A DNA stretch of 43,278 bases, from positions 24,821,982 through 24,865,259 of the forward strand of contig NC_069001.1 in assembly GCF_001194135.2 (NCBI RefSeq), written 5' to 3'. Made by a program: the position numbers and the translations under genes. Positions within the stretch are counted from its first letter, which is position 1. Each line of letters starts with the position of its first letter. Of the stretch, positions 24,081 to 36,560 are shown one piece after another. The stretch is from Octopus bimaculoides (lineage: Eukaryota). The notes beneath the pieces were generated by a model. It ran no database searches. It was not told the origin of the DNA and saw only the letters and a list, made by a program, of their open reading frames with translations.

Positions 24081-25265
24081 GACTCAAAATAATATAATTC
24101 TCTTCCTGTCACCCAAAGCATTCTGCAATCAACATGCCTTTTAACTTGCCAAGAAAACTTTGCCCGATTGTATCAAATCCGGAAACCCAGGATAAACTAT
24201 TTCAGGAACTGAAAAATTGTATTACCAGAAAGAAAATACCCGGTTAGGTTAATCAAAAGCGAAAAGGAATGTGCAAATTTGAGAGACATCCAAGAATTAC
24301 GAAAAACAAAAAAAATCTCCTGATATACTTAAACTTTGTCTTACACATCAACATAAAATCCAAGGAACATGGAAGCATACAACATCATCCATCAGAATAT
24401 ACCCCTTCTACTCAACGACCTGCAAAGGAAAGTATCACTCGAAGCATATAAAATTATTAAAAGTAAAAGACAACCCAAATCCCTAAAAAGGTTACAAAAT
24501 TAACTGCCAAACATACAACCCCACTAGTCACAAAATGCAACCGCCCTAACTCCGGGACCTGCACCAACCTTATGGAAGGTTCAACATATAAATTCAAGCC
24601 AGGTCAAATATTCACCATGAAAGATCACTTCACCCGTGCACGTGCACAGAAGAACTTAAGTTATGTTCTCAATTGTGGAGGCTGTGGTGGGTACTACATA
24701 GGTCAAACGAGTTTGACCTTGAGATACAGACTGACGGTATACAGGCAACAAATCCGGGACCCCACGACCAGGAAAATTCCCGTAAGCAGACACTAAGGTC
24801 AATGTCTCGCGAGCAGAAATCCGAAATACCAGATTTCCCTTATCTATCAATGAACCGGAAAAAGTTCAACCCAATTTCGATGGAATAAGGAATGCATGTT
24901 TATTAAAATATACAAACCACAACAGAATATCATAGAAAGAGAAAACAAAATTTGCTCGCGAAAAACGACCAGAGACGAGATATAATTCAAAAGTTTAACG
25001 AACAGAGTTCCTGAGGTATTCAAAACCCAGCTCCAAATTAATATAGAATAATACCATACACCTCAAACACTAATTACTGACGTCACCTTAGATAAAACTA
25101 ATAAAAGCTTTCTCTGATCAGAACCGGACTTTCAGAAAAGATCAAATAGTGACTTCTTAAGGGAACCAACCACTCGGAACCCTAGATGCCCATCAGGCGA
25201 AAACAAATTACCAAGTCCCTACTAGAGAGTCAACCAAGCGGAACACTGAACTTTGGCAAAAAAAA
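24081..25265 (+). mobile_element. Penelope-like element (RT C-terminus, Cys linker, GIY-YIG endonuclease), Neptune-like
   Basis: SSCHPKH..NMPFNL..LCPIVSN; NPRNMEAYNII; SKRQPKSLKRL; KCNRPNSGTC; NLSYVLNCGGCGGYYIGQTSLTLRYRLTVYRQQIRDP; FIKIYKPQ. The coding remnant ends at about 24925; the 3' boundary is approximate. Confidence 0.88.
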
Positions 25266-28200
25266 AAAAATGTCCAAAACGGAAAATATTTTTGATCAGA
25301 TTAAAGTTACCTCATGAAACCTTCAACTAATCAGAAGTTGTTCCTTGAACATGATCAACAAAGAATGGAAGCCGATCAACCAAAACGCTAAACTTTGCCA
25401 AACCAAAAATATTTTGACCAAAACATCCACGAGAAAAGCAAAAACACGTCGTCAAAATTATAACCAATTAAAAATTGGATAATGTTTTGTGAAAACATAT
25501 ANNNNNNNNNNNNNNNNNNNNNNNNNNNNNNNNNNNNNNNNNNNNNNNNNNNNNNNNNNNNNNNNNNNNNNNNNNNNNNNNNNNNNNNNNNNNNNNNNNN
25601 NNNNNNNNNNNNNNNNNNNNNNNNNNNNNNNNNNNNNNNNNNNNNNNNNNNNNNNNNNNNNNNNNNNNNNNNNNNNNNNNNNNNNNNNNNNNNNNNNNNN
25701 NNNNNNNNNNNNNNNNNNNNNNNNNNNNNNNNNNNNNNNNNNNNNNNNNNNNNNNNNNNNNNNNNNNNNNNNNNNNNNNNNNNNNNNNNNNNNNNNNNNN
25801 NNNNNNNNNNNNNNNNNNNNNNNNNNNNNNNNNNNNNNNNNNNNNNNNNNNNNNNNNNNNNNNNNNNNNNNNNNNNNNNNNNNNNNNNNNNNNNNNNNNN
25901 NNNNNNNNNNNNNNNNNNNNNNNNNNNNNNNNNNNNNNNNNNNNNNNNNNNNNNNNNNNNNNNNNNNNNNNNNNNNNNNNNNNNNNNNNNNNNNNNNNNN
26001 NNNNNNNNNNNNNNNNNNNNNNNNNNNNNNNNNNNNNNNNNNNNNNNNNNNNNNNNNNNNNNNNNNNNNNNNNNNNNNNNNNNNNNNNNNNNNNNNNNNN
26101 NNNNNNNNNNNNNNNNNNNNNNNNNNNNNNNNNNNNNNNNNNNNNNNNNNNNNNNNNNNNNNNNNNNNNNNNNNNNNNNNNNNNNNNNNNNNNNNNNNNN
26201 NNTATATATATATATATATATATGTTGGCTCCAAAACATTTAACATACATTTTTTAAGGAGTGGTAACTAGTGGAGCTTGTTTGTTCAAAGTTAATTACA
26301 AGAAAAACGAAGAGTAATTCAGCATTCCTACCATTCATATTTTCGTTCAAATGATCCAAACAAAATAAACTCGCAACAACTATGAATAAAATTACGACTG
26401 AGTGCTTCATATACGTTTTGCAAAAAGAATACCAACGAATTTTCCAGCAAATGTCAGATTATATTTTTTTGAATGTGTATATGTAGAGCTAAATACGTGT
26501 GATTCTGTGAATGTATACAAGCATAAAAAAATGTATACAAGTTGATTGAAATTCATGTACAGAGAAAGCCATATATATGCCTGAGTGTGTGTGTTTGTGT
26601 GTGAGTGTGTGTGCGTGCGTTTTTATATAATATATATATAATTTATATATATATATATNNNNNNNNNNNNNNNNNNNNNNNNNNNNNNNNNNNNNNNNNN
26701 NNNNNNNNNNNNNNNNNNNNNNNNNNNNNNNNNNNNNNNNNNNNNNNNNNNNNNNNNNNNNNNNNNNNNNNNNNNNNNNNNNNNNNNNNNNNNNNNNNNN
26801 NNNNNNNNNNNNNNNNNNNNNNNNNNNNNNNNNNNNNNNNNNNNNNNNNNNNNNNNNNNNNNNNNNNNNNNNNNNNNNNNNNNNNNNNNNNNNNNNNNNN
26901 NNNNNNNNNNNNNNNNNNNNNNNNNNNNNNNNNNNNNNNNNNNNNNNNNNNNNNNNNNNNNNNNNNNNNNNNNNNNNNNNNNNNNNNNNNNNNNNNNNNN
27001 NNNNNNNNNNNNNNNNNNNNNNNNNNNNNNNNNNNNNNNNNNNNNNNNNNNNNNNNNNNNNNNNNNNNNNNNNNNNNNNNNNNNNNNNNNNNNNNNNNNN
27101 NNNNNNNNNNNNNNNNNNNNNNNNNNNNNNNNNNNNNNNNNNNNNNNNNNNNNNNNNNNNNNNNNNNNNNNNNNNNNNNNNNNNNNNNNNNNNNNNNNNN
27201 NNNNNNNNNNNNNNNNNNNNNNNNNNNNNNNNNNNNNNNNNNNNNNNNNNNNNNNNNNNNNNNNNNNNNNNNNNNNNNNNNNNNNNNNNNNNNNNNNNNN
27301 NNNNNNNNNNNNNNNNNNNNNNNNNNNNNNNNNNNNNNNNNNNNNNNNNNNNNNNNNNNNNNNNNNNNNNNNNNNNNNNNNNNNNNNNNNNNNNNNNNNN
27401 NNNNNNNNNNNNNNNNTATAAAAATAATGGTGTATATGGATATATATGGATATATATATATATATATATAGATAGATATATATAGATATACAAATGTATG
27501 TATATGTTTGTATATGTATGTATGTATTTTTGTAAATAATTCCCCAATGACTGATAAATATGATCTGTACGTTATTACCTTCTCAGTACAGATAGACACA
27601 TATAGTTGTGAAAAACAAGTCTGCATCATTATATATTCAGAGATACAGTAATTCATATACATACCTACATACATACTTATATACATGCATACCTACACAC
27701 ACAATCAAAAACACGCCTATAAATACATATAGATAGTATATGTGCATGCCAATTTGATTTTGTGTGATCATAGTGTATATACATGTGCGGGTATATATGT
27801 GTATATATATGTCTGCACTACAGAAACCCTCAAATATATTTGGTATCAGATTCATAAATATGTCTTTATTAAGACAAATATATATTAACTCTATTTTGGT
27901 CAATTCGGTTCCATTTATTCTTTGTTGATTTTATTCATACAGTGTTTTATTTTTATATTTCTGAAACGTTTCTTGCAATTATCTTCCTTTCACATACGGA
28001 TGCTTAGAGCCTGTTTATTTCAACACAAACATTAAAGTTGTCTGGGCAAAATTTCAATAGTACATTCTTCGCTTGAATATGATATCTATTTTAAGATGAA
28101 AATATAATTCTAAGTTACCTACTTAAAAGACTAGAAATACTTTTATTATAGTAAGCTTCTTTAAAAAACATATATATATATTTAAAAAATACCATATTTC

Positions 28201-28613
28201 ACAACCTTAAACTATATACAGTGTTTTTATGAGAACACACCCACATACAAATAGTCTAACACAAAATCGCATACGCGAATGTATATCGACTTTCACTAAA
28301 CACTTGTTTTCATAAAATGTATATACACAATATTGGGAAATATTATGGTTCGGCTGTTTGTGTGAGTATCCACCTTGATGACTTAAATTGCCTAGCAACC
28401 TGCTCTAATATTTCTCATGTTTTCTATAGAATGTTTCTTATTTGCGTGCTCCTGTATTAATCTCGTATAATTCAGAGTTTTCTGTAGACCGCCTACACAT
28501 TTATATTCAATCATAAAACAATTCCTTATTATATCTAACCATAATGCAAATCATATGATACTATTTATTATTGTCTCTTAAGCTTCCACACACACAGCCG
28601 CAAGCAAGCGTAC

Positions 28614-28686
28614 GTACAGTATAGATGTACAGTATAACATGTACAGTATAACATGTACAGTATAACATGTACAGTATAACATGTAC
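28614..28686. repeat. 14-bp minisatellite (GTACAGTATAACAT), about 5 copies
   Basis: Four exact units plus one variant and a partial unit. Confidence 0.95.
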
Positions 28687-28737
28687 CGCTACTCAGTGCA
28701 AGAAACAGATTTCTCATAATACAAACGGAATACATCA

Positions 28738-29416
28738 ATATAAATACAGATATAGGGCAGGGAATTGCCAATTAGTTAATAAAATTAATAATTAACAATT
28801 TGCCAAGTAGTTCAGTATGCCAAAAAACCTTTATCGGTAAAAACATTTATAATCATAAATATACATGATGTACAAATTATTAATTTTATTAACTAATTGG
28901 CAATTCCCTGCCCTATATCTGTATTTATATAANNNNNNNNNNNNNNNNNNNNNNNNNNNNNNNNNNNNNNNNNNNNNNNNNNNNNNNNNNNNNNNNNNNN
29001 NNNNNNNNNNNNNNNNNNNNNNNNNNNNNNNNNNNNNNNNNNNNNNNNNNNNNNNNNNNNNNNNNNNNNNNNNNNNNNNNGAGTTTTATATTCTTAATCA
29101 CGAAACGTCGTACATGATTAACTAAAGGCAGGTTTGTTTTTATTTTCTCTTCTGTTTTTGTTCTATGTGTGCCGTAAATATCGCCATCCGTTAGAGAAAA
29201 AAAAATGTAGTTTAGAATTAGTAGTTCTTTGACTGCTATTTCTAAATTTTCAGTATGTTGGTGAAGCAATCTCATGCTGATCCCTATATATTTATAATTA
29301 TAAATGTTTTTACCGATAAAGGTTTTTTTTGCATACTGAACTACTTGGCAAAATTGTTAATTATTAATTTTATTAACTAATTGGCAATTCCCTGCCCTAT
29401 ATCTGTATTTATATAA
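28738..29416. mobile_element. Foldback/long-TIR non-autonomous element, copy 1
   Basis: Left arm 28738-28864 is the reverse complement (few mismatches) of the outer part of the right arm 29206-29416; interrupted by gap 28933-29080. Confidence 0.85.
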
Positions 29417-29901
29417 GAGCCATACAGCTATTTCTAACAAACCGTAGTAAATCGTATGAGTTGCAGTGTCGTGATGTAATTTTCCCATTATCTATCGTTT
29501 CATATAGAACTGTAGATTTTGGCGGAGATCAGAACAACCGATCAGAGTGTGATCGTTACCTTTCCTCTACATTCATTATTACTGCTCTTCATCTTAGTTT
29601 TGTATTTGACGTTAATGAGGCTCTTACTGTTGCAGAATAATTGCTGGTTTATGTAATAGTTTATTACTATCTATATACTTAAAGTTTCACATACGCAAAC
29701 GTAAACGTGCATATGTGACTGTATGTGTGCGCCAAGGAGTGTGTGTGTGTTTGTGCATGCGTGTGTATTTCTGGTTCTGTAATATGCATACTGTATCAGT
29801 AAAAGGGTAGTTACGATGATATGTATCTAGTTTTAAAACGCTTCCGAATGAAATAACTGCCAAACTGTGATAACGACAGTTTATACACCGCACTCTGCAT
29901 T

Positions 29902-30738
29902 TAGTGTGCGGAGAATATATTGTCGTCTAAGTTACGTAAAATGAAAATAACACCGACATCTTATTTTTACAGATATATTTACCAGAACTACATAAAAACA
30001 TCTTGAAATATTAATGAGTAAATTTATTCAATGAAATCTTCATTGGCTTCAGCCAGGACCTCCAGACGACTTTGGGATCTCCTGCAACTCTTCTGGATGG
30101 ACTTCCTGTGTAAGTTGGTGAATGCTGCCATAATCCGTCCCTTCAGTTCATCTTTGGTATTACAAGACGTTTTGTTATTCTCTCGCTCAACTGCACCCCA
30201 CTCGTAATAATCAAGGGTGTTGCAGTCTGGAGAGTTAGGTGGTTATATGTTAGGGGTGATGTGGTCGCAGAAATTGTCTAATAGCCATGACTGGGGTCTC
30301 CTGCTTGTGTGGAATGGTGCAGAGTCATGTTGTCAGACGTAGGGTCTTCCAGCAGCCATGATCTTGATCCAGGGCAGCACTACCTCCTCCAGGCACTTGA
30401 TGCAAGCCACCGCGTTGAGTATAAGGCCGTGTGGGAAGATGAGTGGATGGTTGATTTTATCATTCTCGGTTCATGTCCTCAGATTGCACTGTCCTCAGAT
30501 AGTCACCCAAACACTCTGAAATGTTCGTATTGGAGCTTTCGGTGCGAATGCCAAGCAGTACAGGATGTTGTTTCCAAATCTCAGGCAGAAAGAATTGCGT
30601 CATGATACAGTTTTTCTCACAGACGGCGCCCAACCTACTCTGCTATACTGTGTAGTCAACAGAAACAAAAGCAAACAATGCGCATGCGGTAAATTAAAAA
30701 AAAATAAAATGGCGATAATTTACCCATTGCATCCTGTA
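29902..30738 (-). mobile_element. DD37D (maT/mori-type Tc1/mariner) element, internally deleted, both TIRs degenerate
   Basis: ATG at 30603 gives MTQFFLPEIWKQHPVLLGIR. It is fused to PLIFPHG...LEEVVLPWI...QHDSAPFHTSRRPQSWLLDNFCDHITPNI*PPNSPDCNTLDYYEWG...EANEDFIE*, with 37 residues between the last two catalytic D. TIR-like ends at about 29902 and 30710-30738. Confidence 0.9.
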
Positions 30739-31663
30739 TATACTTACATACATTTATTCAGACATACATATACACATATATACATACTTACATACATAGA
30801 TATTTGTAAGACATTTCAAGATTTTTCCACCTGAAATTCTTATGCGAATCGACGCAGACATTCTTAAGAATATACATCGGCAATTCAACCAATATACCAA
30901 CACAAACACATCTTTACAAACACCGGGAACTCTCTTAACTCACTAAGTGTTGCTGCTTTCTTAGCGACTGACTTGAACTCTGTCAAGAAGAACTTAAAAA
31001 AAAAGAACTCAAAGTAAAATATACATTCACACCTGCATGTATGCATATATGTATATATGTATATTTGTATGTATACATGCATGTATGTATGTATGCGTGT
31101 AAGTATTTATGTATGCGTGTCTATATTTATATATGTATCATTTGATACGCTGGCATTTTCTGAATCAAAATCGCCTACGTTTCAGCATGCCAGAAACGTT
31201 TTAAATATTCTAGCTTCAAATGTCACGAGATCGATGGCTTTGATTCTGTGCATCTTATCACCATTTTAATATTGCGTAAATAGATATAATGCGTTTCTAA
31301 TATATACTTCAATGTTAGAAAGCATTATACTTAAAACTGTGAAACTAATCAGAAATGTTTCGGCCTTTCGGCTATTAACTGTAATGTCCAGTGAACTTAA
31401 GTTATGCATCTAGAGATCAGTACTACATTACTATGACTACGGTTGTCGTAGGTACAAAAGAATCTAATCCGTTTCTTACTAAATTTTCCAGAGAAAAGTA
31501 TTCATAATTTCTTCTGCATCACGTTTGCGTGAATGACTTAAGATTATGATGTATTGTTTCATAGGTTCCGTTTTAATTATAGGATTAAACGCCATGTTTC
31601 TTTTTGTTTCTGTACGTAACTGCAGGATGAATTCCTCAAACATCTACAGAATATCTATATGCA

Positions 31664-31665
31664 AG

Positions 31666-31731
<66 letters not shown>
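31664..31731. repeat. (TATC)n microsatellite
   Basis: Directly visible. Confidence 0.95.
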
Positions 31732-31732
<1 letters not shown>

Positions 31733-31975
31733 ATACTTACGCATATATATATGTAAATATGTATATATACATGCATATGTGTATATATATATANNNNNNN
31801 NNNNNNNNNNNNNNNNNNNNNNNNNNNNNNNNNNNNNNNNNNNNNNNNNNNNNNNNNNNNNNNNNNNNNNNNNNNNNNNNNNNNNNNNNNNNNNNNNNNN
31901 NNNNNNNNNNNNNNNNNNNNNNNNNNNNNNNNNNNNNNNNNNNNNNNNNNNNNNNNNNNNNNNNNNNNNNNNNNN

Positions 31976-31989
31976 CGCTCTTCCGATCT
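31976..31989 (+). other. Illumina adapter remnant CGCTCTTCCGATCT at a contig start
   Basis: Exact 14-nt match to the 3' end of the TruSeq/paired-end read-1 primer sequence, immediately after an N gap. Confidence 0.9.
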
Positions 31990-32289
31990 ATATATATATA
32001 TATGCATATATGTGTGTGTATATATAAATATACACGAAGGACTATGCCGTCGTTAGACGACTTATGAGGTCTCAGCAATCTCTTGCCGAACAAACACATA
32101 GTTGATCTGTGTATAGTAAGCGAATGCTTGTGTACACATAAGGTCACTTCATCCATGAAATCGACATTATCTGTATTGCTGCAGAGTGTGCTTCACGCCA
32201 GATGACGAAATGATCGCAGAGCCATGTCAAATGAAGTGTTTTGCTGAAGAACACAACGCAACGCCGGAGTCTGTGAAGCTCATATGTAT

Positions 32290-32334
<45 letters not shown>

Positions 32335-33798
32335 GACTCACATCCGCACGCACATTTAAGTATCTTTATATGCGTGTATGTAGTTAAATATTGGTAAGCC
32401 GTTACAGAGAAATGTAGCCTGTATGTTTTCAAACTGTTATTATTCCAGACACACATACTAAGAAAAAAAAAACTGAATTAACTACTTCATTATGTATAAT
32501 AAAATAAATATTGTAATTCCTGCTGTCAAACTTCGAATATTGAACTTAATATTGATGTGAACCCGCTGTTGCAATTCGTTATGGCGTCCTAAGCTCCTAT
32601 ACCGCTATCACCTTTAACAAATGTTCATCATTCTTAACCAAATGCAATATAGAGCCGTAGCATGTAACTGAATTTTGTTCCTGAGTCTGTCTAAAGTGCA
32701 ATCCTAACTGGGATTTAAGTAGTTTGTCTTGTATTAACGGTTTTTGGATTGAGTGTCTCTTATACAACTTCTTGGACAAATACCTTCAATATTGGCTTCA
32801 GGTAAAATGCTGAGAGCAATTTTTTGTAGATATTATTTACGTATGTGGAAGCACATCCAAGGAACCGTTCCTATTTTCAGTTGATAAAATGAGCCCGTCT
32901 GTCAATCTAATATCACCACCTGGCTTATGGCTCATGGATATGTTTATCTGTGTCCAGTCAATAAACAGGTAATTATTCAGAGGATTATTCCTTCCCTTGC
33001 TCTGACCATCGTTAGAGTTCTTGTTTAAATCTACTACGTTTGTGCTTAAACAATAAGATAAAACATAAAAACATTAGCACTTAGACCAAGAACACAGAAC
33101 ATCGATTATTTACGTAGTTAGAAGAAAAAAACAATGTTGGATTCATTAAATCTACCAGAGTAGCTTTTATTGTTGAGTCCAGGTGTATTCAATGGAAATT
33201 TGTCGATTGTAGTATTTGAGGCAGAACACAGATAGCCATAAGGAATATTCCAAAGCAATTTATCCGAATTTCCAGCAGTTCTACAAATCCATGGTCTCTA
33301 GAAGATTAAAACGAATTTTTATGGAGTCAACCTTAACTTTTATTATTATTCATTAGGTATACTGTACGTAGAGCTATATTATCTAATTTTAAGATTTAAT
33401 ATGAGGTGGGTTTCTTTGCTTTATCAAGCAAATTGCACAGCTGTGTATAAGATTTCTCGTTGCTTGTGTGAAAGGTTTGTCTTCGTTGAAGATATTACCA
33501 ACCCACTAGGTTTATTAACCTTTGATAAGAATAAATCCATCATACAAGAAAGCGACCTCATTGATATTCAAATTCCTAGCGTCCATTTAATGCTGTTCAA
33601 TCCTGCTGATACAGATAATTAACAACATGCAGATATTAAAACAAAGGAATTTTTAAAACGGAACCCATTTCATGACGAAAAATTTGCATTATATAAATTT
33701 TTCACCAAAAATTTGAACAGCGCTATTTTAAAATATTACGTAAAATTTCCAATAATTTCTTGCTAATATCACAGTCGATTATTAGAGCAGAGTTAATG

Positions 33799-33991
33799 CC
33801 AGCAAGATTGCCGTATCGGTAGAACGCCGGACAAAATGCTGATTGGCCTTTCATCCGTCTTTACGCTCTAAGTTCAAGTTCCACCGCGAACAACCTTGCC
33901 TTTCATATTTTCGGTGTAGCTGGGTATGTTATTGAATTCATCCCCCACCAACAAAATTTTGGTTCTTGTGCCTATAGTAGAAAGGAATATT
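33799..33991 (+). mobile_element. SINE family B, diverged with internal deletion
   Basis: CGCCGGACAAAATGC, AAGTTCAAGTTCCACCG, CTTGCCTTTCAT core, CTTGTGCCTATAGTAGAAAGGAATATT end. Confidence 0.75.
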
Positions 33992-34926
33992 AAACCCAAG
34001 TCGTTTCAGAATGCGCAAAAATTGTACAGTGCATTCCTCTCGTTTGCTTTCTCAGGTTGTGTCTTTCTACGGCTATATTATCTAATATACTCTTCATTTC
34101 TTTTTGAAAAGTGATGTGTGTGAAATTGGCTTATATTTGACTGATCCAGCAGATACAGGCTCCTAAATTGACTTGGACTCACTTTATGGAACACACATTT
34201 TGCCATGTCATCTTGTGCTATTTTTTTTTTTTTTGCTCAAGATCGACCTAGGTTTAATTAGGTTGAATTGTTTCTAAGCGTGGCAACCCCGAGCCTACAT
34301 TTCTTCACAAAATGCGGTAGAGTGTGATATAAGGACGACTGATTACTCCTTCTAAGACGGTTAAGTACCGAGTAAAATCCAAGTATTAAACATTAACTGA
34401 AAATTTGTTGTCACATTGCACGATAGTAACAATAGAAAACCTGTAATCTCCCTTCTGCCAGGCAAATTTATCGAAACTTTAGTAGGGGCCAATATGGGCT
34501 AAACATGAATTCGCGTGACTAATGTAAAAGTGAATATATATTAATTTCAGATATATAGCAATGTTGTTCAATAAAACATCTGACATTCTGCATGCATTAT
34601 TCCCAATAGGAAATTGAAAGAAAAAAAAAATTATAATTTGATTGTATATCTGAGAATATGCCCATATATAATTCTCTCTTAATCATACGTGTTTCTCTCT
34701 CTCTCGCTCTCACTTCATCTCTTTCCCTCCCAATTGTATATTTTCATCTGTTACTTCTTTCACTATATATATATATAAACCCAAGATATAAGGTGTATAG
34801 CATTGCATACATACAAACATATATACATACATAAATACATACATATTTGAAAACATCATCAGTTAAGCAGTTAAGTGAATCATACCACCATTTAAATGCA
34901 GATATATCGTAAAAGAAATCACACAC

Positions 34927-34978
<52 letters not shown>

Positions 34979-35518
34979 NNNNNNNNNNNNNNNNNNNNNN
35001 NNNNNNNNNNNNNNNNNNNNNNNNNNNNNNNNNNNNNNNNNNNNNNNNNNNNNNNNNNNNNNNNNNNNNNNNNNNNNNNNNNNNNNNNNNNNNNNNNNNN
35101 NNNNNNNNNNNNNNNNNNNNNNNNNNNNNNNNNNNNNNNNNNNNNNNNNNNNNNNNNNNNNNNNNNNNNNNNNNNNNNNNNNNNNNNNNNNNNNNNNNNN
35201 NNNNNNNNNNNNNNNNNNNNNNNNNNNNNNNNNNNNNNNNNNNNNNNNNNNNNNNNNNNNNNNNNNNNNNNNNNNNNNNNNNNNNNNNNNNNNNNNNNNN
35301 NNNNNNNNNNNNNNNNNNNNNNNNNNNNNNNNNNNNNNNNNNNNNNNNNNNNNNNNNNNNNNNNNNNNNNNNNNNNNNNNNNNNNNNNNNNNNNNNNNNN
35401 NNNNNNNNNNNNNNNNNNNNNNNNNNNNNNNNNNNNNNNNNNNNNNNNNNNNNNNNNNNNNNNNNNNNNNNNNNNNNNNNNNNNNNNNNNNNNNNNNNNN
35501 NNNNNNNNNNNNNNNNNN

Positions 35519-35558
<40 letters not shown>

Positions 35559-36329
35559 CATATATATGTGTGTGTGTGTTTGTGTGCGTGTGTGTTTGTG
35601 TGTGTGTGTGTGTGTAAGAAGACTAATAATAAATTTAACTCATATTTGTTACTAGTTACCATTCTTGCAGTACTAGTGAGACTTTTCACATGGAATAATT
35701 TAAGTGTAATGGTGTTAGAAACTGTGTGGTGCCGAAGTAATTATAATTTATTAATTCGTACGAAATTTCTTCTTGTTTTTTTTATTTTATCATCAGCCAC
35801 TTTCTCTTGCTTCAGTTACCAGTGATGCACATGCAGACTCTGCTCTGGACTTTCTAATTTTCTTTTCTTCCAGCTTCCAATTCTCAGCTAGGTGTTAGGG
35901 TTGAGCGCTGCATTAGAAACACACAGATTTTCCTAACTATCAGAATTTACACTACACTACACACACGCGTAGGCTCACACATACACACATACACACATAC
36001 ACACAATTACATGCTTGCACGCAAATACACACACACACACCACACACGCTTTCCTTGTCTCTCTCTCATGGATTTTTATGGTATGACGAATACGAGCCTG
36101 CTTGAATAAAAATATGGACTTACCGCTTCTTGGCCTTGAGGCGTCCGACGATAAGGGAACAGAAACAGCAAGGTAGACTTGAACTTGGTGACATTATATT
36201 TACCTTACCTATCTAACAGCAGTAAATACTCTTTCACTTAAACGCAATTCACATCATTGTATCTATTTTACACCCTTTCTCTATCTCTCCCATCCTGTTT
36301 CTCGTGCTCCTTCTTCCATTCTCTATTTC

Positions 36330-36333
36330 TTGC

Positions 36334-36398
<65 letters not shown>

Positions 36399-36449
36399 AT
36401 ACTTATATTTATATTCTATACGTACATATATGCAAACGTGCATATTTAC

Positions 36450-36511
<62 letters not shown>

Positions 36512-36524
36512 GTATCTATCTATG

Positions 36525-36560
<36 letters not shown>
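36330..36560. repeat. (CT)n (36330-36396) and (TATC)n (36441-36560) microsatellites
   Basis: Directly visible. Confidence 0.95.

Noticed and set aside
28614-28686. CRISPR-like array
   Set aside because: Contiguous 14-bp units without spacers, eukaryotic context, no cas genes.
30309-30605. 98-aa plus-strand ORF
   Set aside because: Antisense to the DD37D transposase remnant.
33401-33622. 73-aa ATG-initiated ORF
   Set aside because: No recognisable domain or signal peptide; the length is within chance expectation.
36124-36134. Strong minus-strand donor GCG|GTAAGT with a possible 11-nt microexon
   Set aside because: The acceptor would be a non-consensus AAG and the upstream boundary is ambiguous.
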